Shown piece by piece: positions 28,066 to 36,490 of a stretch of 64,000 nucleotides of DNA. The position numbers and the translations under genes were made by a program. Every line of letters begins with the position of its first letter. The first letter of the stretch is position 1. This DNA comes from Oscillospiraceae bacterium (lineage in GTDB: Bacteria > Bacillota > Clostridia > Oscillospirales > Oscillospiraceae), in NCBI GenBank assembly GCA_902775105.1, contig CACYLC010000003.1, forward strand, positions 9,586 to 73,585, given 5' to 3'. Below the pieces are notes generated by a model. The model was not told where the DNA came from. It did no database searches and saw only the letters and a list, made by a program, of their open reading frames with translations.

Positions 28066-28308
28066 ATGAAAGCCACAGGAATTGTACGCCGGGTCGATGA
28101 GTTGGGACGTATCGTTCTCCCCATCGAGCTGCGCCGCACGCTGGAGATCGAGGAGCGAGATGCACTCGAGGTATATGTAGACGGCTCCTCCATCGTTCTA
28201 AAGAAGTATCAGCCTGCCTGTATCTTCTGCGGCAATGCGAAGAACATGACCACCTACAAGGGCAAGAATATCTGCCCCGCCTGCTTGCGGCAGCTGAAAG
28301 CACTGTAA
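28066..28308 (+). CDS. abrB: transition-state regulator AbrB
   Basis: MKATGIVRRVDELGRIVLPIELRRTLEI... SpoVT/AbrB swapped-hairpin N-domain. Clostridial-type C-terminus with CIFCG...CPAC. Confidence 0.92.
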   Translation: MKATGIVRRVDELGRIVLPIELRRTLEIEERDALEVYVDGSSIVLKKYQPACIFCGNAKNMTTYKGKNICPACLRQLKAL

Positions 28309-28319
28309 AACAAGAAAAT

Positions 28320-28356
28320 CACCGCCTGTCTGCTTCTTTGTGTCAGACAGGCGGTG
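28320..28356. terminator. hairpin between convergent abrB and rsmI
   Basis: 13-bp stem CACCGCCTGTCTG / CAGACAGGCGGTG with an 11-nt loop. AAAAT lies before it and CATTTTA after. Confidence 0.6.
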
Positions 28357-28357
28357 G

Positions 28358-29206
28358 TCATTTTATGTTGGATGATTCTTCTGTGACGACCAGCTGATAC
28401 AGCTCGTTTTTTGGCAGTCCCGTCTCCCTGGCCACCTGTTTGACGGCGTCCTTCATTCGAATGCCCTGGCTGTACAGTTCCTTTGCCCGGCGAACGCCCT
28501 CCTCTATGGAGACAGGCTCTTCCCGAGCCGATTCGGCGCCCTCCACGACGAGAACAAATTCGCCTTTCGGCGGGTTCTCCCCGTACCAGTCCGCCGCCTC
28601 TCCCAGCGTTGTCCTGCGTACTTCCTCATGGAGCTTGGTCAGCTCCCGGCAGAGGGAGATACGGCGCTCAGCGCCGAAGGTGTCCCGCAAATCGTTCAGC
28701 GTGGAAAGCAGCTTGTGAGGCGCCTCGTAAAAGATCATCGTCCGCTCTTCCGAGACGAGGGAGTCCAGATGCCGCTTTCGGTTCTTCTTATTCATGGCGA
28801 GAAAACCCTCAAAGGTGAAGCGCCCGGTGGGAAGGCCGGAAACCGCCAGTGCCGTCACCAGTGCGCAGGGGCCGGGAATGGCCACCACGTCTACCCCCGC
28901 CTCGGCGCAGAGGGCAACCAGCTCCTCTCCGGGATCGCTGATAGCCGGGGTTCCGGCGTCGGTGACGAGGGCGCAACTCTCCCCCGCCAAAAGCCGGGTC
29001 AGAATGGCGGGACCGCTGGTCTCGGTGTTGTGGCGGTAATAGCTCACCATGGGCTTTTTCATAGAGAGATGGTTCAAAATTTTCAGGGAGACACGGGTGT
29101 CCTCCGCCGCTATAAAGTCCACTCCCTTCAGCGTCTCAATGATGCGCTGGGAGAGGTCGCCCAGATTGCCGATGGGCGTCGGCACCAGATAGAGAATTCC
29201 GGCCAT
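28358..29206 (-). CDS. rsmI: 16S rRNA (cytidine1402-2'-O)-methyltransferase
   Basis: 282 aa with GILYLVPTPIGNLGDLS. Synteny next to abrB, as with B. subtilis yabC. Confidence 0.93.
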   Translation of the reverse strand: MAGILYLVPTPIGNLGDLSQRIIETLKGVDFIAAEDTRVSLKILNHLSMKKPMVSYYRHNTETSGPAILTRLLAGESCALVTDAGTPAISDPGEELVALCAEAGVDVVAIPGPCALVTALAVSGLPTGRFTFEGFLAMNKKNRKRHLDSLVSEERTMIFYEAPHKLLSTLNDLRDTFGAERRISLCRELTKLHEEVRRTTLGEAADWYGENPPKGEFVLVVEGAESAREEPVSIEEGVRRAKELYSQGIRMKDAVKQVARETGLPKNELYQLVVTEESSNIK

Positions 29207-29213
29207 GTTATAA

Positions 29214-29867
29214 TCACCTCATAATGACAGCAGGCAGCAGCTCCAGCCCGGGTTTTCCCTGGGCGACTGCCTCCACCAGGATCAGATTTGCCCTTTGTTC
29301 CGTTCCGGACTGGACTGCCTGCATCCTCTTTGGTTCCAGTCCACAGGAAGTCAGGTGATGGAAAAGGGCATTCATATCCCACGGACGGCAACAGAGGGCG
29401 AAGCGGCCGCCGTTTCGCAGCAGCCGCCGAGCCGTCTCGCACCATGGGAGAAGTCCGTTTTCATCCCCCGTCCGGGCAATGCCCCGGCTGCCCCCGGCGG
29501 TCTTGCCCCGCCCCGGCTGAAAGTAGGGCGGGTTGGAGATCACCAGATCGTACCGACGGTTGGGGAGGGTCGGGCGAAATGCCGTCACGTCTCCCTGCCA
29601 AATCTCTCCCATCAGGCCGTTTCGCACCAGATTCTCCTGCGCCAGCGACACGCATGACGGCTGGATGTCCAATCCGTCCAGTGTCAAATCCTCCGCCTGC
29701 TCCGCCAGACACAGCCCCAACACCCCCACGCCGCAGCCCAGGTCAAAGACCCGGTCGCCCTTTCGCACCGTGGCAAAGCGCCCCAGCAGCAGAGAATCTC
29801 GGTCGATTTTCGGCAGACCGTCCTGCTGGATCAGCGTATAGGGGCCAAGCTGCTCTGTGGTTCTCAT
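29214..29867 (-). CDS. SAM-dependent methyltransferase, tRNA (adenine-N6) TrmN6/YabB-like
   Basis: SAM site DLGCGVGVLG and the N6-MTase motif ISNPPYF. Sits upstream of rsmI, as with B. subtilis yabB. Confidence 0.8.
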   Translation of the reverse strand: MRTTEQLGPYTLIQQDGLPKIDRDSLLLGRFATVRKGDRVFDLGCGVGVLGLCLAEQAEDLTLDGLDIQPSCVSLAQENLVRNGLMGEIWQGDVTAFRPTLPNRRYDLVISNPPYFQPGRGKTAGGSRGIARTGDENGLLPWCETARRLLRNGGRFALCCRPWDMNALFHHLTSCGLEPKRMQAVQSGTEQRANLILVEAVAQGKPGLELLPAVIMR

Positions 29868-29927
29868 GGTTCAACCGCTTTCCGATGGATTTTTTTCATT
29901 ATACCAAATCCTCCCCGAACAGGTCAA

Positions 29928-29960
29928 CTCCCGCACAGCGTTCCTGCCGCTGTGCGGGAG
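29928..29960 (-). terminator. hairpin after the beta-helix protein gene
   Basis: 13-bp stem CTCCCGCACAGCG / CGCTGTGCGGGAG with a 7-nt loop, 5 nt past the stop at 29966. The U-tract is weak. Confidence 0.45.
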
Positions 29961-29965
29961 TGATC

Positions 29966-32005
29966 TCAATGCTTCACAAAGATACCAATGCCAACGCCTG
30001 CCAGCAGCACCAGCGTGGATGCCGCCACGAGGATCCATACGCCGCCGTCTGTCCAATCGACAGCGGACTGGTCAGCTTCCTCTTCCGTCTGAGCTTCCGG
30101 CGTCCCGGTCTGCATCTGCTGCCCGAAGTCGCCGCCCCGCTGGGGCCGCTGACCGTCGGATTCCCCGCCAAAGCCGTGACCACCGCGGCCTCCGCCCCCA
30201 AAGGTTCCGTCAGGAGGCGTGCCCATCTCGCTCTGATCCGGCTGCTCCCCATCCGGCAGAGCAGGCTGTTCCCCGTCAAAGCTGCCCATATCCGGCAGTG
30301 TTCCCATCCCGCTCATGTCGGGCATCTCGCCGTCAGGCTGCTCGCCCGTCTCGCTCTGATCCGGTCTTCCGCCGCCCATCTTCATGCCCCCGCCGAACAT
30401 GCCCGCCTGTACGCTGCCGAGAGAGGTTGCCACATCTTCCAGTGTGACTTCCTCTGAGCTATCTCCGGTGATGATTTGATAGGTCTCGCCTAACTGCATT
30501 GCCGGGCAACTGATGACCACAGAGGAAAAGCTGCAGGGCACATCCCACGTGAGCAGTATCGTTCCGTCCCCATCCGTGAGAGATACCGTGGTACCTGCTT
30601 CACAGCCATTCGTCAGGTTATAGAGAATGGAACATTGGCTGGAAGTGGAGTCGAAGGTCTCCGCCATGGAACTGCCGCCGCAGGCGATGATGGTGCCGCC
30701 GCTGATCTCGCAGACGCCGCCGTTTTCGCTGCCGTAGTCCAAGGCGCTGTTGCTGCCGTCGCCAAGCAAGCTGACCCAAATCGTTCCACCGGTAATGTAG
30801 AGATCGCCGTTGGAGTCCAGACCGTCAGCGTCCCGGCCTGTCTCGTTGATCACGGTGATGGTGCCGCCGCTGATGCGGATGTAGGTCAGCTCCTCCCCGT
30901 CCTCGGAGGCGGTCTCCTCCGTCTCCGAGGTGGTCTCCGTCTCGCTCCGTCCCCCGCCGGGGCCGCCCATACCGCCGAAGCCGAAGCCATTGGAACTGCT
31001 GCCGTTGGCATTCAGGCCGTCGTCACTGGGATAGATGGTGATATCGCCGCCAGTAATGTCAATATAAATAGCCTCGATGCCCTCATAGCACTCTGTAATC
31101 AAAATCCTGCCGTCAGAGATATCAATGGCGGTGTCGGAGTGGATACCGTCGTCCCCAGCGGTGATGGTAAAGCTGCCTCCGATGATGGTAATGTCTCCTG
31201 CAGTATGGATACCGTCGTCTGCGCTGGTGATGTCAATGGTGCCGGACTCGATGTAGAGATAGCTGTCCTCTTTGGCCACGACGATGCCGTCATCTCCCGC
31301 TGTGACGGTGATGCTGGCGTCCTTGATGCGCAGACTGTCGTTTGCGTGAATGGCATCCGCGGCTGCATCCACCGTGATGGTCCCGCCTGTGATCACCAGA
31401 TCGTCGTTGGCAGCGATGCCATGTTTCCAGCCGCCGGTGACGGTGAGACTGCCGCTGCCATTGATGGTCAGATCCTCGTGGGCGAAGATAACGCCGTCTG
31501 TCCCGTCCGCCAAGGCTGCCTCGGAATACTCCGTGCCGCTTTCGAGGGTATTCTCTGTCCCCTCCGCCAGGGTCAGGAACACCTTGTCCGCCTCGTCAAT
31601 GCGGATGCAGGCATTGTCCGAACAGGTGATGTCCACGCCGTTTAAGAGAATCCAAACCTTTGAGGCGCTGTAAGCGTCCACGATGATACTACCGTCGGTG
31701 AGGGTGCCGGAGACGACATAGGTTCCGCCCCCTGTAATGTAGAGGCTGCCATCATAGAAGTAGGCTCCGTTTCCCGAGACAGTACCGCTCTCGCCGTTTA
31801 GCGTGATGGCGGTGGCATCTGCACTGTCCCAATCCCCGTCCTGATCGTTTGCGGTAAAGTAGACGGAGTCGGAGTTTCGCTCTGCGTCTTCATCTACGAT
31901 GACCTCAAGGCCAAGGCTGGCGCCGTGCATGAAGAGTGCGGTGAGTAGGAGGGTGAGCACGATGACAACGGCGCAAATCCGATCGATATGCTTGTGCGTT
32001 GACAT
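29966..32005 (-). CDS. doubly membrane-anchored parallel beta-helix protein (Cthe_2159-type carbohydrate/polyanion-binding family)
   Basis: 679 aa. N-terminal signal-anchor ICAVVIVLTLLLTALFM, then family-like repeats ITLNGESGTV..YITGGGTYVVSGTL..LLNGVDI..LTINGSGSLTV..ITGGTITV..ITVTAGDDGI. Followed by a Gly/Pro/Asp/Glu/Met low-complexity tail and C-terminal TM VWILVAASTLVLLAGVGIGIFVKH. Confidence 0.8.
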   Translation of the reverse strand: MSTHKHIDRICAVVIVLTLLLTALFMHGASLGLEVIVDEDAERNSDSVYFTANDQDGDWDSADATAITLNGESGTVSGNGAYFYDGSLYITGGGTYVVSGTLTDGSIIVDAYSASKVWILLNGVDITCSDNACIRIDEADKVFLTLAEGTENTLESGTEYSEAALADGTDGVIFAHEDLTINGSGSLTVTGGWKHGIAANDDLVITGGTITVDAAADAIHANDSLRIKDASITVTAGDDGIVVAKEDSYLYIESGTIDITSADDGIHTAGDITIIGGSFTITAGDDGIHSDTAIDISDGRILITECYEGIEAIYIDITGGDITIYPSDDGLNANGSSSNGFGFGGMGGPGGGRSETETTSETEETASEDGEELTYIRISGGTITVINETGRDADGLDSNGDLYITGGTIWVSLLGDGSNSALDYGSENGGVCEISGGTIIACGGSSMAETFDSTSSQCSILYNLTNGCEAGTTVSLTDGDGTILLTWDVPCSFSSVVISCPAMQLGETYQIITGDSSEEVTLEDVATSLGSVQAGMFGGGMKMGGGRPDQSETGEQPDGEMPDMSGMGTLPDMGSFDGEQPALPDGEQPDQSEMGTPPDGTFGGGGRGGHGFGGESDGQRPQRGGDFGQQMQTGTPEAQTEEEADQSAVDWTDGGVWILVAASTLVLLAGVGIGIFVKH

Positions 32006-32017
32006 AAGGCGTCCTCC

Positions 32018-32689
32018 TTATCCCATGTAGTCGCCGTTATAGCTGACCAGAACAGCGCTCTGGACGCCGTCCAGCTCTGCCACTTCGTTGATGAAATCGG
32101 TGTTGTCGTCCTGCAACCGGACTTCCAGATTCAGCTCCACGGCATCCTTCTGGGCGGACTTGCTCTTGACCACGCAGCGCTTGGTGTGCCCGTCTAAGTA
32201 GGACTTGACGGCAGTCTCGCTGTCATGGCCGTCACACTGGACAACGACGATGTAGGGGTTGGAGTGGCTCTTACGGTTGACAAAGACCAGCAGGATGACG
32301 CCGATGATGACGCTGCCGATGACGGCCAGCGGGATCATGCCTGCTGCCAGAACAATGCCCACCGCAATCGACCAGAAGAGGAAGGCGATGTCCAGCGGCT
32401 CCTTAATGGCCGTGCGGAACCGGACGATAGACAGCGCGCCCACCATGCCGAGGGACAGCACCACGTTGGAGGTGACGGCCAGAATGACCAAAGTGGTGAT
32501 GAGGGTCAGCGCCACTAAGGTGACGCCAAAGCTGGAGGAGTACATGACGCCGGTATAGGTCTTTTTGTAGACGAGGAAGATGAACATGCCCACGCCGAAA
32601 GCCAGAACCAGGGCGATCACCATATCCAAAATACTGACACTGGTGACGTTTTCCAGAAAGCTGGATTTGAAGATGTCGTTGAAAGTCAT
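32018..32689 (-). CDS. DUF4956-family integral membrane protein
   Basis: Start moved to ATG 32689 (MTFNDIFKSSFLENV). Has 4-5 TM and the hallmark GALSIVRFRTAIKEPLD. Soluble C-terminal domain of about 80 aa. Confidence 0.8.
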   Translation of the reverse strand: MTFNDIFKSSFLENVTSVSILDMVIALVLAFGVGMFIFLVYKKTYTGVMYSSSFGVTLVALTLITTLVILAVTSNVVLSLGMVGALSIVRFRTAIKEPLDIAFLFWSIAVGIVLAAGMIPLAVIGSVIIGVILLVFVNRKSHSNPYIVVVQCDGHDSETAVKSYLDGHTKRCVVKSKSAQKDAVELNLEVRLQDDNTDFINEVAELDGVQSAVLVSYNGDYMG

Positions 32690-32736
32690 TTTAATTCGCT
32701 CCTTTTTGCAATTTGTTGGATACATTGACATTTCGC

Positions 32737-32798
32737 AGGGGCGATTCATGAATCGCCCCTGATGATACTCATTTTCAATGAAATGCTTTCATTGAAAA
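32737..32798 (-). other. two perfect hairpins in the VTC-DUF4956 spacer
   Basis: 32737-32760: AGGGGCGATT catg AATCGCCCCT (10 bp). 32772-32798: TTTTCAATGAAA tgc TTTCATTGAAAA (12 bp, AT-rich). Confidence 0.6.
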
Positions 32799-32835
32799 TC
32801 CGCATATTTCGTATGTTGGGTTTGCTGAGCACGCT

Positions 32836-33510
32836 CTACCCATACACCCTGCACTGTGCGTACTTGGAAAATGCGCTGCTCCGCCTGCTCTCCAGGCCAA
32901 CAGCAGCTCGGATGGGATCGGGGAGGTAGGCATCCCATTTGACTTCCAGCAGGATGGGGGCGTCCCCCGCCGGAACAGTGACGCAGTCGGGATTGAGGAA
33001 ATCCGTGCTGTGCAGCCCGGTTCGAATGTCGTAATCCAGCGTCACCCGGACATTCCCTGGGGGATAGTAAAACGGTTCTCTGGTGTAGTCCACGATGGTC
33101 TTTGGCCGCAGCCCCTGCCCTCGCATTTTGCTGTATAGCTCCTGTATCAGTGGCCGGCCGCTGCATTTTATCATCCAGTCCAAATCGCCGTCTGCAATGG
33201 CCTGGGCTTCCTCTTTTGTGAGGGTGGCGGCGGCTTTTGTTCCGAGATTGTTGAGTTTTGCTTTCTTTTCCAGATGAATCACCGAAGTGTCTCCATTATA
33301 GTATCGAATACGGAACTTCTCCCGTCGATTGACGCCGTCCAGCTTCTCCCGAAGCGCCCTATCCGTTGGGGTGTCAAAGTAGAGACTGCGTATCTTGTAC
33401 CGCCCGTCAATGGTGTGGGGGTCGATCTGCGCCACTGCCCGGAGGCGCTGACGGAGGGTGATGAGGTCGGATCGATTGATCTCATGCTTCCACTCGTGAC
33501 GATATTGCAT
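32836..33510 (-). CDS. VTC-domain (CYTH-like) polyphosphate polymerase domain protein
   Basis: 224 aa with MQYRHEWKHEI, IRSLYFDTP, KFRIRYYNGD, LEKKAK and LEVKWD strands, typical of bacterial VTC-domain proteins. Confidence 0.83.
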   Translation of the reverse strand: MQYRHEWKHEINRSDLITLRQRLRAVAQIDPHTIDGRYKIRSLYFDTPTDRALREKLDGVNRREKFRIRYYNGDTSVIHLEKKAKLNNLGTKAAATLTKEEAQAIADGDLDWMIKCSGRPLIQELYSKMRGQGLRPKTIVDYTREPFYYPPGNVRVTLDYDIRTGLHSTDFLNPDCVTVPAGDAPILLEVKWDAYLPDPIRAAVGLESRRSSAFSKYAQCRVYG

Positions 33511-33596
33511 CGTCTGTCACTTCCTTTCTGTCTCTTGCTGGTTTTATTGTAATAGCCGAACCTGAAGTGATGCTGAAAAAAAGATGAAAAACTTTC

Positions 33597-33619
33597 AGGA
33601 AGAAAATCTTTTTCTTCCT
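33597..33619. promoter_or_regulatory. perfect 10-bp inverted repeat in divergent promoter region
   Basis: AGGAAGAAAA tct TTTTCTTCCT, 19 nt upstream of a TATAAT (33638-33643) that faces the response-regulator gene. Confidence 0.45.
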
Positions 33620-33671
33620 TTCACTGAGGAGGAATAGTATAATATCCATAGATAATGGTTGGAACAGGAGC

Positions 33672-34355
33672 ATGAATATGAAAATTCTGGTGGTAGAGGA
33701 TGAAAAGCTGCTGGCGGATTCTCTGAAATCCCTGTTGGAGAAAAACGGCTTTGAGGTGGAAGTGGCCTACGACGGGGAGACGGGCGAGGAATACGCCGAA
33801 TTGGGCGTCTATGATCTGCTCATTCTCGATGTGATGATGCCGGGGCTGAACGGCTATCAGGTTGCAAGGCAGGTACGCTCCAAACATCTTGCCACCCCCA
33901 TTCTCATGCTCACCGCCAAATCCGGTCTGGAGGATCGCATTGAGGGGCTGAACTCCGGGGCGGACTACTACCTGACCAAGCCCTTCAACAGCCGGGAGCT
34001 GCTCGCCTGTATCAACGCCCTTCTGCGGCGGCAGGGCAATCAGGTGGACGAGCTGGTCTACGGCAACACGTCCCTCGACCTCTCCTCCGGCATTCTGGTC
34101 TGCGGGGAAAAGAGTGTCCGGCTGTCAGCACGGGAATTTGACGTCATGCGCTTTCTCCTGCAATCAAAAGAGCGAAACCTGTCCAAGGAGACCATTCTCT
34201 CCCGGGTGTGGGGGTATGACTCCAACGCTGTGGAAAATCATGTGGAGGTCTATGTGGGCTTTCTGCGCAAGAAGCTGAAAAGCATCGGTTCCAACGTCAA
34301 AATCGAGTCCATCCGGCGGCTGGGCTATCATTTGGAGGTGGACGAGACATGCTGA
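33672..34355 (+). CDS. OmpR-family response regulator
   Basis: Receiver domain (KILVVEDE, LLILDVMMPGLNG, TAKS) and a winged-helix C-terminus (RRLGYHL). Confidence 0.93.
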   Translation: MNMKILVVEDEKLLADSLKSLLEKNGFEVEVAYDGETGEEYAELGVYDLLILDVMMPGLNGYQVARQVRSKHLATPILMLTAKSGLEDRIEGLNSGADYYLTKPFNSRELLACINALLRRQGNQVDELVYGNTSLDLSSGILVCGEKSVRLSAREFDVMRFLLQSKERNLSKETILSRVWGYDSNAVENHVEVYVGFLRKKLKSIGSNVKIESIRRLGYHLEVDETC

Positions 34356-35587
34356 AACAGCTCCGTATCAAGTTTATCTGCATCAATATGGCCATTGTGA
34401 CGGTCATACTGGCAGTGATCTTCGGGCTGGTGATCTTCTCCACCCGGCAAAATCTGGCCGAGCAGAGCATCCGCATGATGCAGTCCGTCATGGTGGGGCC
34501 GGAGCAGATGACACCTCCCGGCCAGTTCGACCAACGGGATTTTCCGGAACGTCGGCGGAATGAGGTGCTGCTCCCCTACTTCACCTTGCAGGAGGAGCAG
34601 GACGGAACCCTGACCGCCTCCGGCAACACCTACTATGACCTGACAGACGAAGACTTTCTGGCGGAGCTGAAGTCCGCCGTCTCGACTGCCGACAGCGAGA
34701 CCGGCGTATTGGAGGAATATGATCTCCGGTTCTACCGTCACTCCGACCTGCTGGGGGAGTTCATCGTCTTTGCCGACACCTCCAGTGAGCAGGCAACGGT
34801 GAACAGCCTGCTGAGGACCTGCGCCGTCGTCGGTGTTGTCAGCTTTCTCGTCTTTCTGGGCATCAGTTTTGCGCTGGCTCGCTGGGCGGTGCGTCCGGTG
34901 GAGCGGGCGTGGGAGCAGCAGCGGCAGTTCGTGGCGGACGCCTCCCACGAGCTGAAAACGCCGCTGACAGTCATCACCACCAACGCCGAGCTGCTGAAAG
35001 CACCGGACTGCTCGGATACAGAGCGGGAGCGGTTTGCCGGCAGCATCCTCACCATGTCCGGCCAGATGCGGGGACTGGTGGAGGGGCTTTTAGAGCTTGC
35101 CCGGGTGGACAACGGGACGGCAAAGATGCACTTCTCTGATTTGGACTTCAGCGCGCTTGTCTCTGACGCTCTGCTCCCCTTTGAGCCGGTGTTCTTTGAG
35201 AAAGGGCTGACGCTGGAGAGCAACATTGAGGAGGGTATCTCCCTCACGGGCAGTGAAAGCCATCTGCGGCAGGTGGTGGATATTCTGCTGGACAACGCCC
35301 AAAAGTACGCATCAGACGGGGCGAATATCACGGTCTCTCTCAAAAAAACGGACAAAAGCCGCTGTCTGCTGACCGTGGCCAATGAGGGCGAGCCTATTTC
35401 CGCGGCAGATCTGAAGAACATCTTTCAGCGGTTCTACCGTATTGACAAAGCTCGGAGCATGAATCACAGCTACGGGCTGGGGCTGTCCATCGCCCAGGGC
35501 ATTGTGGAGCAGCATCAGGGGAAGATCTGGGCGGAGAGCGGCGGAGGTTGGAATTTGTTTTTGGTGCGACTGGGGACATTGAGTTGA
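34349..35587 (+). CDS. sensor histidine kinase (two TM, ~130-aa periplasmic loop)
   Basis: H-box DASHELKTPLT, N box LDNAQKY, G boxes. Overlaps the RR stop (ATGCTGA). Confidence 0.9.
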   Translation: MLKQLRIKFICINMAIVTVILAVIFGLVIFSTRQNLAEQSIRMMQSVMVGPEQMTPPGQFDQRDFPERRRNEVLLPYFTLQEEQDGTLTASGNTYYDLTDEDFLAELKSAVSTADSETGVLEEYDLRFYRHSDLLGEFIVFADTSSEQATVNSLLRTCAVVGVVSFLVFLGISFALARWAVRPVERAWEQQRQFVADASHELKTPLTVITTNAELLKAPDCSDTERERFAGSILTMSGQMRGLVEGLLELARVDNGTAKMHFSDLDFSALVSDALLPFEPVFFEKGLTLESNIEEGISLTGSESHLRQVVDILLDNAQKYASDGANITVSLKKTDKSRCLLTVANEGEPISAADLKNIFQRFYRIDKARSMNHSYGLGLSIAQGIVEQHQGKIWAESGGGWNLFLVRLGTLS

Positions 35588-35790
35588 GCCGAGGAATCAT
35601 GGATACATCTGTCTATGAATCATCTGATCCCCCATACCCTCAGTCGTTCATTTTTTAACCTGCTAAGCTGACAGGAGAACAAGGGAAATACGTACGGGGC
35701 GCTGCTCCCCGGCGGATCGAGTATCCCTTTGCACAAGAGGGGCAGCAAAGACATGAATCGCCGACAACCAGACACCACTTTGTAGATGCA

Positions 35791-35836
35791 ACAATCCCCC
35801 GAAAAGCCTGATTTACAAGGTTTTTCGGGGGATTGT
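35791..35836. terminator. hairpin between convergent HK and udk
   Basis: 15-bp stem ACAATCCCCCGAAAA / TTTTCGGGGGATTGT with a 16-nt loop, followed by TTTC. Confidence 0.6.
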
Positions 35837-35848
35837 TTTCCTATTTGC

Positions 35849-36463
35849 TTAACGCAAATGCGCCCTGACCCGGTTTTCGATCATCTCCATAGCCACCAGA
35901 TTGTGTCCACCCTCCGGAATAATCACATCCGCAAATTTCTTGCTGGGTTCCACATACATCTCGTGCATGGGCTTGACAGTGGAGACGTATTGCTGAATCA
36001 CCGAGTCCAGCGTCCTGCCTCGCTGGTTGACGTCCCTCTGGATGCGGCGGAGGATGCGAATGTCGGCGTCGGTATCCACGAAAATCTTCACATCCATAAA
36101 GTCCCGGAGCTTCGGTTCCGCCAGCACCAGAATGCCATCGATGACCAGCACTTTGGCGGGAGCGATCCTCTTCACTTCACCCGTCCGGTCGTGGATGCTG
36201 TAGTCATACACCGGGCAGTCGATGGAAAAGCCCTGCCGCAGGAGGCTGAGATGCCGGGCCATGAGATCGGTGTCAAAGGCCTCCGGGGCGTCGTAGTTGG
36301 TCTTGACCCGCTCCTCAAAGGGCTTTTCGTGCTGCGCCTTGTAGTAATCGTCGTGCTTAATGATGGTCAGGTCATCGCCAAACCTCTTTTTCAGCAGCTG
36401 AGAGATGGTGCTCTTTCCGGAGCCCGAGCCGCCGGCGATGCCGATAATGAGGATCTTTTCCAT
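35849..36463 (-). CDS. udk: uridine kinase
   Basis: 204 aa with P-loop IGIAGGSGSGKST and the uridine kinase core. Confidence 0.93.
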   Translation of the reverse strand: MEKILIIGIAGGSGSGKSTISQLLKKRFGDDLTIIKHDDYYKAQHEKPFEERVKTNYDAPEAFDTDLMARHLSLLRQGFSIDCPVYDYSIHDRTGEVKRIAPAKVLVIDGILVLAEPKLRDFMDVKIFVDTDADIRILRRIQRDVNQRGRTLDSVIQQYVSTVKPMHEMYVEPSKKFADVIIPEGGHNLVAMEMIENRVRAHLR

Positions 36464-36490
36464 AGGTATCCCCTTTCCAATGACGGCCTT

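Noticed and set aside
29966-32005. Beta-helix protein as the sortase B substrate
   Set aside because: It has a C-terminal TM helix plus basic tail but no LPXTG or NPxTN-like motif ahead of it. It is also 18 kb from the sortase.
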